From: Nanobdellota archaeon
GTDB lineage: Archaea > Nanobdellota > Nanobdellia > SCGC-AAA011-G17 > UBA489
Direction: 5' to 3'
Assembly (NCBI GenBank): GCA_038045925.1
Contig: JBBSXE010000052.1
Location: 1-35,149 of the forward strand
DNA: 35,149 nucleotides
Below the pieces are notes generated by a model. It was not told the origin of the DNA and searched no databases. It saw only the letters and a program-made list of their open reading frames with translations. Shown piece after piece: positions 1-7,912 of the stretch; within the stretch, counting starts at the first letter, position 1; each line of letters begins with the position of its first letter. Both the position numbers and the translations under genes were made by a program.

Positions 1-142
1 GATCCATGGTATGTCCCTGCTACACCTGTAGAAAAGATGTAGTCGTTGACGGGTATCTTTCGTGCCATTTTGTTCATTTATAAAAGTGCCGTTTTTTAAA
101 AATGCCAAAACGTTTATAATAACGCCAAGTGAGCTGTTTTTT

Positions 143-826
143 ATGAAACAATATGTACTGGGATTAGGGCTTGTAGGAGCTATAACGACGAGTTGTTTCG
201 GTCCATCCCGAGAAAGTATGCTCGTCGCTGATGAATATACAACAAACTCTCATGGTGAAAAAGAGGCCACTTTTTTAGAGAAATATCGAGCAGGTGCCTC
301 TCTGGAATATCGAGTGATGTGTTTAGCAGGAGTACACGCGAACATGCTGAAGATGAAGCAGAATGCCGATGGAACGTTTCGTTATGAAGGCGCATTTCGT
401 TTAGTGCCAAGTATAGATCCGCTCAAAAACGCGCTTCGAGAAATACTTGCTGTTCTTGATGCTGATAAAGATCATAGTATCACTTCTGCGGAACTCTTGA
501 GCGGAGAACAAGAGATGTATAGTTTTCTACAAAACCAGAAAGACGCGGCGCTTGCCTTACATCTCCAGTTCCATGGTTATGACGCTACGAATACGCAAAG
601 AAATCAATTGGTTGTCCTCGCGGGAGTTTTAAGCGGCACCGTTAAGGTCAACAAAAAAAGCCCACAACGTTTTGCGTTTGATGGCGATTTCAATCCAGTG
701 CTCCATCCTCAAGTTATTCCTTTTCTTCTCAAAAAAGTAGATACAAACCACGATAGGCTCATTACTGATACTGAAGTTAGCGTTGTTGCGCAAGAACTAT
801 TTTTTCAGGCAGAAGAAAAACAGTGA
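143..826 (+). CDS. Secreted or lipoprotein-like protein with two canonical EF-hand Ca2+-binding loops
   Basis: The track ORF 62..826 starts at GTG. The first ATG at 143 gives MKQYVLGLGLVGAITTSC, a signal peptide with a lipobox-like Cys. TATA TTTATAAT lies about 27 nt upstream. The 12-residue loops DADKDHSITSAE (458-493) and DTNHDRLITDTE (740-775) fit D-x-[DN]-x-D-x6-E. Confidence 0.7.
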   Translation: MKQYVLGLGLVGAITTSCFGPSRESMLVADEYTTNSHGEKEATFLEKYRAGASLEYRVMCLAGVHANMLKMKQNADGTFRYEGAFRLVPSIDPLKNALREILAVLDADKDHSITSAELLSGEQEMYSFLQNQKDAALALHLQFHGYDATNTQRNQLVVLAGVLSGTVKVNKKSPQRFAFDGDFNPVLHPQVIPFLLKKVDTNHDRLITDTEVSVVAQELFFQAEEKQ

Positions 827-938
827 AACATAAAAGATCGTGTTGCAACAGTCATGTTCGAGTTGCTAGTTACTTCTCACGTACCCCTGAACAATTTATA
901 AATAATAAGCGCGTTCTCTCTGTTCGAGGTGATGCGTT

Positions 939-1055
939 ATGCTAACAAGGCTTTTGATTCGATTACATAAGGAGAAGAAACCGGAATATCCGTTAGCGAA
1001 AGCAATTGGAGAGGATTTTATCCTTGTTTCAAGGAAAGAGCTTGAAATCCGTTAA
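939..1055 (+). CDS. Hypothetical 38-aa small protein (MLTRLLIRLHKEKKPEYPLAKAIGEDFILVSRKELEIR)
   Basis: Hand-translated and below the ORF-track size cutoff. GAGGTGA (926-932) sits 6 nt before the ATG, TTTATAAATAA lies around 895-905, and the oligo-T tract 1057-1072 follows the stop directly. No recognisable family. Confidence 0.25.
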   Translation: MLTRLLIRLHKEKKPEYPLAKAIGEDFILVSRKELEIR

Positions 1056-1291
1056 TTCTTTTTTTATTTTTTATGAAAATTTTGCCCGGTATTAATTCCA
1101 ATAGTCACCTCAAGCAGTTTGCGTTGATCCTATCAGTCACACAACCGGGCATGATCAACGTCGATTCTTGATTATATAAACCTGACGAACTTCCCTCATA
1201 TTAAAGTAGTCTCTCCTATCCACAAAGTTGCCGTTCTTAATGGAGGGAGAGTTTTATACAAATCTATCTACGCACTCTATTTTCTTGAAAC

Positions 1292-1861
1292 TCATTCATC
1301 TGCCGTATAAAAACTCATTCTTTCTTTTTCACACATCACTGCCATGAGCGCGTCCTGATTTCTCTGTTTTAAGCGATGCAGATAGGCAATATCAACAGCA
1401 GAAGCGATACATTTCTCAAACGGATGACTGTGCAAATCGATAATTGCCTTGGGATCACATAGCTCTGCAGACACATGAAACGGCGATCGGGAAACGAGTT
1501 TTGGCTCAATGAACGATGTTATGTGATAGGTTTCACTCTCTCGGGTGCCGAACAAACACACTTTAAACTCGTGCTCTTGATTTGTCAGATAAATTTTTTG
1601 GAGTTGGTTATATACTTCTTTTTCAAACACTATTATTTTTCCTGCATCCTGAAACACGAGCGTTTCTTGATTGAGCCCAACACTTTCTGAACGCGAGGCC
1701 ACATATTCCAACGCATAGTTGCCAGCAAGATAACTGATGAATAGCACCATAAGAAACAGCGCAAGAAAACGGATGAATATCTTCCTCATCAATTGTTTGA
1801 ATGGATTTTCTTCACGCTGCTGAATTTCATTTGATTGTTCAAAATCTTTTTTAAGGTTCAT
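1292..1861 (-). CDS. Membrane-anchored JAMM/MPN (Mov34) family metalloprotease
   Basis: HSHPFEKCIASAVD matches the JAMM motif H-x-H-x7-S-x2-D. One N-terminal TM helix (FIRFLALFLMVLFISYLAG). The ATG at 1861 (MNLKKDF) overlaps the end of the upstream methyltransferase gene by 11 nt, which is preferred over the track start at 1891. Confidence 0.75.
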   Translation of the reverse strand: MNLKKDFEQSNEIQQREENPFKQLMRKIFIRFLALFLMVLFISYLAGNYALEYVASRSESVGLNQETLVFQDAGKIIVFEKEVYNQLQKIYLTNQEHEFKVCLFGTRESETYHITSFIEPKLVSRSPFHVSAELCDPKAIIDLHSHPFEKCIASAVDIAYLHRLKQRNQDALMAVMCEKERMSFYTADE

Positions 1862-2372
1862 GTTCTGCCAGATACACCGCGAGCGTTTCAAACGGAATCT
1901 TTTGTTCCTTAAGCATCTGAAAGCGATAGTTATATGTGCCTAATAATCTTTGGATATCGCCTGTCAGCGAGCTCACCACGATAAGAATCTGCCCTTCTTT
2001 CGCAAGAAAGTTCTTCGCTTCCTTCAGAAAACGTTCCAGTACCTCATGACCGTATGTTCCCCCGGTTGTGATCTGTCGTGATTCAGAATCTTCCTCTTCT
2101 GTTTCAGGCAAATACGGCGGATTAAAGATAATCACATCAAATGTTCCTTTCACGTTCGCAAATAAATCAGAAATAATTGTATTGATGCTTTGGCGTTTCA
2201 CATACGCAACAGCTTCAGGATTGATATCGACGGCAAGTACATCACTTGTTTGTTCTTTCGCAGTCAATGCTTGGATGCCAGAGCCAGTGCCCATATCAAG
2301 TACTTTTCCACGTACATACTTCTTAACGTATTGTTGCAGAAGAAACGAATCTTCGCGAGGTTCGTAGATCAT
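1851..2372 (-). CDS. HemK/Mtq2-like SAM-dependent N5-glutamine-type methyltransferase
   Basis: VLDMGTGSGI is SAM motif I and IIFNPPYLP is the NPPY catalytic motif. The size of about 173 aa is typical of the archaeal HemK-related methylases. Confidence 0.85.
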   Translation of the reverse strand: MIYEPREDSFLLQQYVKKYVRGKVLDMGTGSGIQALTAKEQTSDVLAVDINPEAVAYVKRQSINTIISDLFANVKGTFDVIIFNPPYLPETEEEDSESRQITTGGTYGHEVLERFLKEAKNFLAKEGQILIVVSSLTGDIQRLLGTYNYRFQMLKEQKIPFETLAVYLAEHEP

Positions 2373-2378
2373 GGTTTG

Positions 2379-2831
2379 TTATAAAAGACGAGAATATTCT
2401 TTGATTCTGCTGAGGATGGTTTCCAGCATGTATTTTTCAACTTTCTGCTCCATAATCAGGGAGATATCTTCAAACTCCGTAATGCGATAGTCTTTCTTAA
2501 TTTTTTCAACAAGACAGAGATCGCGTAATCGCTTAAGCTGGCGGCGAATATTTGAGGGCGCAACGCCTTTCAACGGAAGTCCGGCTTTTTTTCTCAAATT
2601 GATGGATTCATCTCCAATATTTTTTGAATTCAGAAATATTCTTTTTTTTCGCGCGTCCAGCATAACCTGAAACACATCAACAACAATATCCCGCGAGTCG
2701 CCAGGTTGCAGCAAGCCAACAGACAAGCAGAATTTTCGCACCAGTTCACGGCGATCTTGCGTATATGGTTTTTCATAACGGCGCAAAGTAATCTCATTCA
2801 GCGGAATGTCTCGGGAAATGGTTTTCTGCAT
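2379..2831 (-). CDS. Putative winged-helix transcriptional regulator
   Basis: Clean 150-aa ORF. It lies 6 nt upstream of the methyltransferase gene and looks like the first gene of a three-gene minus-strand operon. A TATA (reverse complement of 2855-2866) sits about 29 nt upstream of the ATG at 2831. The HTH call rests on sequence pattern only. Confidence 0.5.
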   Translation of the reverse strand: MQKTISRDIPLNEITLRRYEKPYTQDRRELVRKFCLSVGLLQPGDSRDIVVDVFQVMLDARKKRIFLNSKNIGDESINLRKKAGLPLKGVAPSNIRRQLKRLRDLCLVEKIKKDYRITEFEDISLIMEQKVEKYMLETILSRIKEYSRLL

Positions 2832-2854
2832 TGCTTACAGTTCATCAGCGATGT

Positions 2855-4258
2855 TTAAAAAGTTTTGGTTTTGGGAGAAGATTCTTGCCTAACAGCAACG
2901 GTTTCAGGATCAGTTCCATCAGGATAAATAACAAAAGGAATCCTTTTCTTTATCGTTTCAATCTGCCCAATAATCCTCCATGATGCGCGAACTTCATCAA
3001 AACGCGTGAAGAGAGTCTTATCTCCTTTGCACACTTCTTCCAACAGCACTGCATATTCATCGCTTGTATTTGGACCAAACGCAGATTTTTGAGAAAATGC
3101 AAGTTTAATAGGAACAATCGTACGGTTCGATGTATGGGGTTTCCGTGCATTCACGATCAAGTTGATGTCTTGGAAAGGGTGGATGTCGATGAGCAGGACA
3201 TTGGGAACTAAAGTGGGATATGTATTTTCCACATTTTTTGTCGCTTGTTTGAAAGTAATCTTTATTTGGCCATATTTCTTTGTCAATTTTTTCCCTGTGC
3301 GTAGCGTGATGGTAACTCCTTTCCATCGTCCTGTTGCGCATGTAAGCGTAATCTTTGCAAATGTTTCGCTGTTGACGTTTTGTATATTTTGCGCGGCTGC
3401 TTCTTTTGTATACGATCGATATTGTCCAAGCAGATGCTTTTCAGAATGAGCAACCTGCAGGTTTTCCAAGATGTTTACTTTTTCATCATGAATATGCTTC
3501 GCGTCAAATGTTTTCGGCTGTTCCATCAAAAGCAGTGCAAGCGTCTGCAGGAGATGATTTTGGATCATGTCTTTGATTGCGCCAGCCTCTGCATAATACC
3601 CAATGCGATTGCCGACGCCAAGTTCCTCATCCACAATAATTTCAATGCGATCAACACATTCTTTTCGTAAGAGAGAATTAAAAAAAGGATTGGCGAACTT
3701 CAATACATGCAAATTTTGAACAGTGTCCTTCGCCAAATAATGATCAATGCGAAAAATATCGTCTTCTGAAAAAACAGCATGAATTCTGCGATCAATGTCG
3801 TCAGAAGATGCTAGATCGCTGCCAAATGGTTTTTCAAAGACAATGCGCGTTGATCTCTTTTTTTGCTGCGCAATTCCTGCTTCCTTGAGCGCGTTGACAA
3901 TCACGGGAAAAAAAGTATAGCTGGTTGCGAGATAATAGACTCTCTCAGCACCTTCTTTGGGTTCTAAATTTTCTAAATATGATTGGAGGCGCTGCAAGCT
4001 TCCCGGTTGTGTCACGTCAGCTTGAAAAAACCGTATCTGCATATCCTGTACTATCTTTTTTTCAGCATCGTGCAATCCTTCGGTGAGATATTGTTTGTAT
4101 GTTGTGTCTGTTAAATCTTTTCTTCCAATGCCAATGACGATCGATGTTTTTGCAAGAATTTCTTTCTGCACCAGCTTCGCAAACGCAGGCACTAATTTCC
4201 TCTTTGCAAGATCTCCTGTGCCGCCGAAAAGGACGAATGTAACGATGTCTTGTTTCAT
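2855..4258 (-). CDS. zwf: Glucose-6-phosphate 1-dehydrogenase
   Basis: FVLFGGTGDLAKRKLVPA is the NADP-binding N-terminus and RIDHYLAKDTVQNL is the G6PD active-site signature RIDHYLGKE. The start is placed at the ATG at 4258 (MKQDIVTF) because TTTTATAAT (reverse complement of 4281-4292) is centred about 29 nt upstream. ATG 4273 and the track start 4318 remain alternatives. Confidence 0.9.
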   Translation of the reverse strand: MKQDIVTFVLFGGTGDLAKRKLVPAFAKLVQKEILAKTSIVIGIGRKDLTDTTYKQYLTEGLHDAEKKIVQDMQIRFFQADVTQPGSLQRLQSYLENLEPKEGAERVYYLATSYTFFPVIVNALKEAGIAQQKKRSTRIVFEKPFGSDLASSDDIDRRIHAVFSEDDIFRIDHYLAKDTVQNLHVLKFANPFFNSLLRKECVDRIEIIVDEELGVGNRIGYYAEAGAIKDMIQNHLLQTLALLLMEQPKTFDAKHIHDEKVNILENLQVAHSEKHLLGQYRSYTKEAAAQNIQNVNSETFAKITLTCATGRWKGVTITLRTGKKLTKKYGQIKITFKQATKNVENTYPTLVPNVLLIDIHPFQDINLIVNARKPHTSNRTIVPIKLAFSQKSAFGPNTSDEYAVLLEEVCKGDKTLFTRFDEVRASWRIIGQIETIKKRIPFVIYPDGTDPETVAVRQESSPKTKTF

Positions 4259-4349
4259 ATCAATCTGCGACATTTTTATGAACATTATAAAACTTACCTT
4301 CAATTTGAATCTTTTCAAACGAGTTAAAATTGCGGAGTTTTTGAGGTAG

Positions 4350-4919
4350 TTATGTCTTGCTCAGGATTTCTTCAATCTTGGTCATAAATGCATCCGCATC
4401 CTCTAATGCTGCTCTAGCCATTTCTTTTGTCAGCGACGGCGTTGCATCATATTGCGCAGTTTCTCTTTTTGTTTTTATCTGGATGAGCTTTGTGATGAAC
4501 TGCTCGCTCAGATCATAAGCTTTCGTGAGGCTGCTGATGTCTTTTTGTTCTAATGCAGAACTCTTGTTTTCATCTTTTTTCTCAGCGACATAATGGTATT
4601 CAAGCACAGTTATTGTTCCAGCATGGCTTTTTGATTTAAATCCAAACCTTGCAAGTGCCGCAAGAGCAGAGGTATACATTGCATAATAAGAAACAATAAT
4701 CACCCAATCATATGTTTCGAACGCAGAAGCAAGTAAAAGCAATTTTCTTGTATTCTCTTCGTCTGAAATCTTAAAAAGAATATTTGCAACTGCAAGATTT
4801 TTTCTCGATTTTGTTAAAAATGATTGTTCAAATCTCTTATGTTCTTCATGTTTGAAAAGTTGCTCTTTTTTCAGATATATTTCAATCTTCGCTTTTAGTA
4901 TTTCTCGTCTTTTTTTCAT
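4350..4919 (-). CDS. HEPN domain protein (HEPN/MNT module partner)
   Basis: DWVIIVSYYAMYTSALAALARFGFKSKSHAGTITVL fits the HEPN (PF05168-type) core. The ATG at 4919 overlaps the stop of the upstream nucleotidyltransferase gene as ATGA. Confidence 0.8.
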   Translation of the reverse strand: MKKRREILKAKIEIYLKKEQLFKHEEHKRFEQSFLTKSRKNLAVANILFKISDEENTRKLLLLASAFETYDWVIIVSYYAMYTSALAALARFGFKSKSHAGTITVLEYHYVAEKKDENKSSALEQKDISSLTKAYDLSEQFITKLIQIKTKRETAQYDATPSLTKEMARAALEDADAFMTKIEEILSKT

Positions 4920-5539
4920 GAGAGAATCCTCCAAAAAATTTCATGCCCATATAACGAAATGCCATCGTTTTTCACTTCTTTGCCGACATTTAATTCTTTT
5001 GAGCTCAGCATTTTTTTAAACTGATCAATATCTGTAATTAATGGGCTTATGTGAATATTGTAAGAGTATCGGTAGCTTGCACTTTCCATCTCTATTGCTT
5101 TCCGTAATGTTTTATCGTGGAGATTGCTGACAATAAATAAAAGATCAATATCGGAACGTTTGGTTGCTGTTCCTTTTGCATAGCTTCCAAAGAGAATAAT
5201 AGCATGAAGAGAAGAAATGTGTACTTCAACAAGTTTTGAGATCAGAGATTCAAGAATTGTTTTGAGTTTTTGATGCTTCTTATAGAGTTCATCTTTTCTC
5301 GCAAGATCAAAAGATGCAAGCAGGTGTCGCGTCTGTGGTTGGTTCAGGTTTAGTCTGCAGTATGTAGCATGCCCTATCCTCTCAATGCGGATAATGCCTT
5401 CCTTTTCCATTGCAGCAATATGATTGTATGCTGGTCGATAGCCGATAGAAAGCTCTTTTGAAATTCCTAAGATAGTTTTGCCTTTGTCTATTTCTTTTCT
5501 CATCAATCCAATGATCCGCAAAAGTGTCTGCTGTCGCAT
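4916..5539 (-). CDS. wHTH-fused minimal nucleotidyltransferase (MNT) of a HEPN/MNT toxin-antitoxin-type pair
   Basis: LFGSYAKGTATKRSDIDLLFIV matches the pol-beta NTase motif G-S-x9-11-D-x-D. The N-terminal roughly 70 aa (ISKELSIGYRPAYNHIAAMEKEGII) look like a winged helix. The first ATG is at 5539; the track start 5545 is TTG. Confidence 0.85.
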   Translation of the reverse strand: MRQQTLLRIIGLMRKEIDKGKTILGISKELSIGYRPAYNHIAAMEKEGIIRIERIGHATYCRLNLNQPQTRHLLASFDLARKDELYKKHQKLKTILESLISKLVEVHISSLHAIILFGSYAKGTATKRSDIDLLFIVSNLHDKTLRKAIEMESASYRYSYNIHISPLITDIDQFKKMLSSKELNVGKEVKNDGISLYGHEIFWRILS

Positions 5540-5545
5540 GTTCAA

Positions 5546-5588
5546 TTATTCACTTTATGAATAGTATTATTCACTTTCTATTTAAACG
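5546..5588 (-). promoter_or_regulatory. Promoter with candidate operator: two 11-nt direct repeats between the TATA box and the start of the MNT gene
   Basis: TTATTCACTTT occurs at 5546-5556 and 5567-5577, a 21-nt period. An internal palindrome GAATA-n4-TATTC is present. TTTAAATA (minus sense) at about 5580-5587 lies directly distal to the repeats. Confidence 0.4.
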
Positions 5589-5816
5589 TTTCGCTTGTTG
5601 TTTTTGAAGACTACAAATCGGATTGTACAAAAATATTTATATTTTTACAGCAAGAAGACGGAAGTTACAGGAGAATAGATCAGAGTTATGCTGATAAACT
5701 TGATGCAGATTTAGCTGAAAAACAAGGAAAAGAAGCAGCAGAAAGTATGAGGTATCATCAAGAACATAGATAGTTAACATGAATTTTTATAAAACAAATT
5801 TTGTCGTTGAAATGCT

Positions 5817-6524
5817 CTATCCCCATGCTTCTTTATAGATATGTTCTGGATCAAAACCTTGTTCAATCAGCGATGCGATCGTTTCCTTCACCATCAAAGG
5901 AGGGCCGCAGACATAAACATCATGCTTTTTTGGTTCAGCGATATAATTGTAAATAACATCATGAATGCGTTTTGTTTCATGCTGCCAGTCATTGGCGTGA
6001 TTGGAGAGCGAGGAAACAAATGTAAACCATGAATATTTTTTTGCAAGCTCCAGAAATTCTTCCTTAAACAAAAAATCTTCCGGATTCTTAAAGCGGTAGA
6101 AGAGCCAGCATTTTCTGGTTGTTTTTTCAGACGCAAGCTGATTGAGCATGCTTCGAAAAGGCGCAATACCGGTTCCGCCAGCAATAAAGATAATCTCTCG
6201 CTCTCCAGGGCGTAACGTAAAAAAGCCATACGGTCCTTTGATCCAGAGTTCGCTGCCTAAGTCTAATTGATCAATGAGAGGAGAAACTTTTCCATCAGGA
6301 ACAATCTTAATGCAAAGTTCAATCATCTTATCTTTTTTTGGCGCAGAAGCAACGGAAAATGCTCGTTTGTAGGTCGTGTCGTCAGGACAGGGATTGATCA
6401 TCATAAACTGCCCGGGTTGAAATGCGATTTCTTGTTTTGGTCGAAAAATAAAGAGCCGCGTATCTGGAGAAAGCGTTTTTTTCTCTGTGAGAACGCCAGT
6501 TGTCTCGATAATCGGCTGAGGCAT
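5817..6524 (-). CDS. Ferredoxin-NADP reductase-like FAD/NAD(P)-binding oxidoreductase
   Basis: RAFSVAS is the FAD-binding R-x-Y-S-type motif, IAGGTGIAPFRSM is the NAD(P)-binding G-G-x-G-x-x-P motif, and VYVCGPPLMV is the C-terminal FNR-family motif. Confidence 0.85.
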   Translation of the reverse strand: MPQPIIETTGVLTEKKTLSPDTRLFIFRPKQEIAFQPGQFMMINPCPDDTTYKRAFSVASAPKKDKMIELCIKIVPDGKVSPLIDQLDLGSELWIKGPYGFFTLRPGEREIIFIAGGTGIAPFRSMLNQLASEKTTRKCWLFYRFKNPEDFLFKEEFLELAKKYSWFTFVSSLSNHANDWQHETKRIHDVIYNYIAEPKKHDVYVCGPPLMVKETIASLIEQGFDPEHIYKEAWG

Positions 6525-6546
6525 AGATAATATGACAAAAGCAAGG

Positions 6547-6558
6547 TTTAAAAATATT
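6547..6558. promoter_or_regulatory. Single near-symmetric TATA element (TTTAAAAATATT) in the 52-nt divergent spacer between the FNR-like gene and grpE
   Basis: Its centre (about 6552) is 28 nt from the minus-strand ATG at 6524 and 25 nt from the plus-strand ATG at 6577. No other A/T box lies at a workable distance from either start. Confidence 0.5.
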
Positions 6559-6576
6559 CTTTTCTGCTGTTGTTGA

Positions 6577-7104
6577 ATGGAATCTCATGATATAAAAGAA
6601 ACGAAAGAAAAAGTGATCAAGAAGCAATCGACAGAAAAGAAAGAACCTGTTTCTCATGAAAAAGAATTGGAACAGCTTCGATCGCAAAATAAAGAGTATC
6701 TTGACACGCTCCAGCGTCTGCAGGCGGAGTTTGACAACTATCGCAAGCGAATCCAAAAAGAGCAGGAAGAGAAGCAAAAATATGTTCATGTTCATCTTCT
6801 GCAAAAATTATTGCTTATAGTAGACACGTTTGAACAGGCGTTGAAAACGATGAAAACGACGGACGAGCATATGAAAGGAGTGCAGCTGATGTACCATAGT
6901 TTGCTAAAAACATTAAAAGAAGAAGGCGTTGTTGCGATGGATGTTGTTGGCAAAGCATTTCATCCGGGAGAGCATGAAGTCGTTGCAAAGCAGAAGAGTG
7001 ACAAGGAAGAGGGAATGATCCTCGAAGTCTTGCAAAAAGGTTATTTCTACAAAGACAAGATTTTACGGCATGCGAAAGTTGTTGTGAGCAGCGGCAAAAA
7101 CTGA
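6577..7104 (+). CDS. grpE: GrpE nucleotide exchange factor
   Basis: LQAEFDNYRKRIQKE is the hallmark GrpE coiled-coil motif. The C-terminal part (FHPGEHEVV...ILEVLQKGYFYKDKILRHAKVVV) is typical of the GrpE beta domain. Confidence 0.9.
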   Translation: MESHDIKETKEKVIKKQSTEKKEPVSHEKELEQLRSQNKEYLDTLQRLQAEFDNYRKRIQKEQEEKQKYVHVHLLQKLLLIVDTFEQALKTMKTTDEHMKGVQLMYHSLLKTLKEEGVVAMDVVGKAFHPGEHEVVAKQKSDKEEGMILEVLQKGYFYKDKILRHAKVVVSSGKN

Positions 7105-7176
7105 AAAATTTTCTGCTGAGTATTTTTCCGGATTTTTCTCAGCGCATTATATTGAAAAGATAAATAGAAACAATCG

Positions 7177-7509
7177 CTATTGTGCGAGAATCTCTTCAGC
7201 TTCTTCTGCTTTTTCTTGGAGAGCGCTAAGTTTTGCAAGGATAAGGTGATCATATAAACTGATGAATTGTTTTACGACTTCATTTTCTTTGTTGAGCTTA
7301 TAGAGTGTTGCTCGCCCAATTTTTCTTGTGATGACCAAGATGTTCAAGCGCAGCAATGTCGGAATCAAAGTATTGAGTGTTCCCCAGCTGACATTTGCGT
7401 GAAGCATATCAGTTAGAGTATAATCAAAATCTCTTCCCTCAAGTAAATACTGCAACAACCTCATCCGAGGATTATCTCCTACATAATCTAAGAACAGTGA
7501 TTCTTCCAT
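7177..7509 (-). CDS. Small winged-helix (ArsR-like) transcriptional regulator
   Basis: DNPRMRLLQYLL...YTLTDM...GTLNTLIPTLLRLNILVITRKIGRATLYKLN fits a wHTH pattern. The track start 7560 is TTG. The first ATG at 7509 (MEESLF) has GATTTAAATATCC (reverse complement of 7529-7541) centred about 26 nt upstream. Confidence 0.6.
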   Translation of the reverse strand: MEESLFLDYVGDNPRMRLLQYLLEGRDFDYTLTDMLHANVSWGTLNTLIPTLLRLNILVITRKIGRATLYKLNKENEVVKQFISLYDHLILAKLSALQEKAEEAEEILAQ

Positions 7510-7612
7510 GTTCTTATCAAGTATTTCAGGATATTTAAATCTTTTGTCATCATATATCAATGTACAAAAAGTGCAAGAAAATATTATTAAGGAGTTTATT
7601 TATAATGTCTTT

Positions 7613-7900
7613 ATGAAAGAGAATGAAGTGTTGAAAAAACTTATTCTTCAAAAGCTCGTGCGATCGAATACATGGGGTGGAAAGCATACTCCTCTTGATT
7701 TTGTTACGAAAGGGGTACCAGAACATTATCGAAACACCCACAAAGGAAACAAAATAATTGAAGAGGTGATAAAAGAATTGACAAATGAAGGATGGATCAT
7801 CATTCTTGTGAAAAAAACTGGAAAAGGATCTGGCGAACATATCTCTTTAAATCCGAGAAAAATAAGTGAAATACAGAAGTTCTTGGAAAATATTCAATAA
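7613..7900 (+). CDS. Hypothetical small protein, possibly DNA-binding
   Basis: The ATG at 7613 (MKENEVLKKL) has the A/T box AAAATATTATTAA (7578-7590) about 29 nt upstream. The upstream part of track ORF 7508..7900 overlaps the divergent gene and is rejected. No family recognised. Confidence 0.5.
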   Translation: MKENEVLKKLILQKLVRSNTWGGKHTPLDFVTKGVPEHYRNTHKGNKIIEEVIKELTNEGWIIILVKKTGKGSGEHISLNPRKISEIQKFLENIQ

Positions 7901-7912
7901 GAAAAAATAGTG

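Noticed and set aside
1-42. Possible 3' end of a plus-strand gene (...DPWYVPATPVEKM, then stop).
   Set aside because: Thirteen codons at the window edge are too short to support any call.
5640-5775. Open frame ending ...RRIDQSYADKLDADLAEKQGKEAAESMRYHQEHR, downstream of a TATA-like box at about 5631-5650.
   Set aside because: There is no in-frame start codon. It may be a remnant of a gene or non-coding. Not reported as a feature.
7561-7612. A second possible shared-TATA divergent promoter with a 52-nt spacer between 7177..7560 and 7613..7900.
   Set aside because: The 7560 start is TTG. The first ATG of the minus gene is at 7509 and has its own TATA at 7529-7541. The two genes therefore have separate promoters in a 103-nt spacer.
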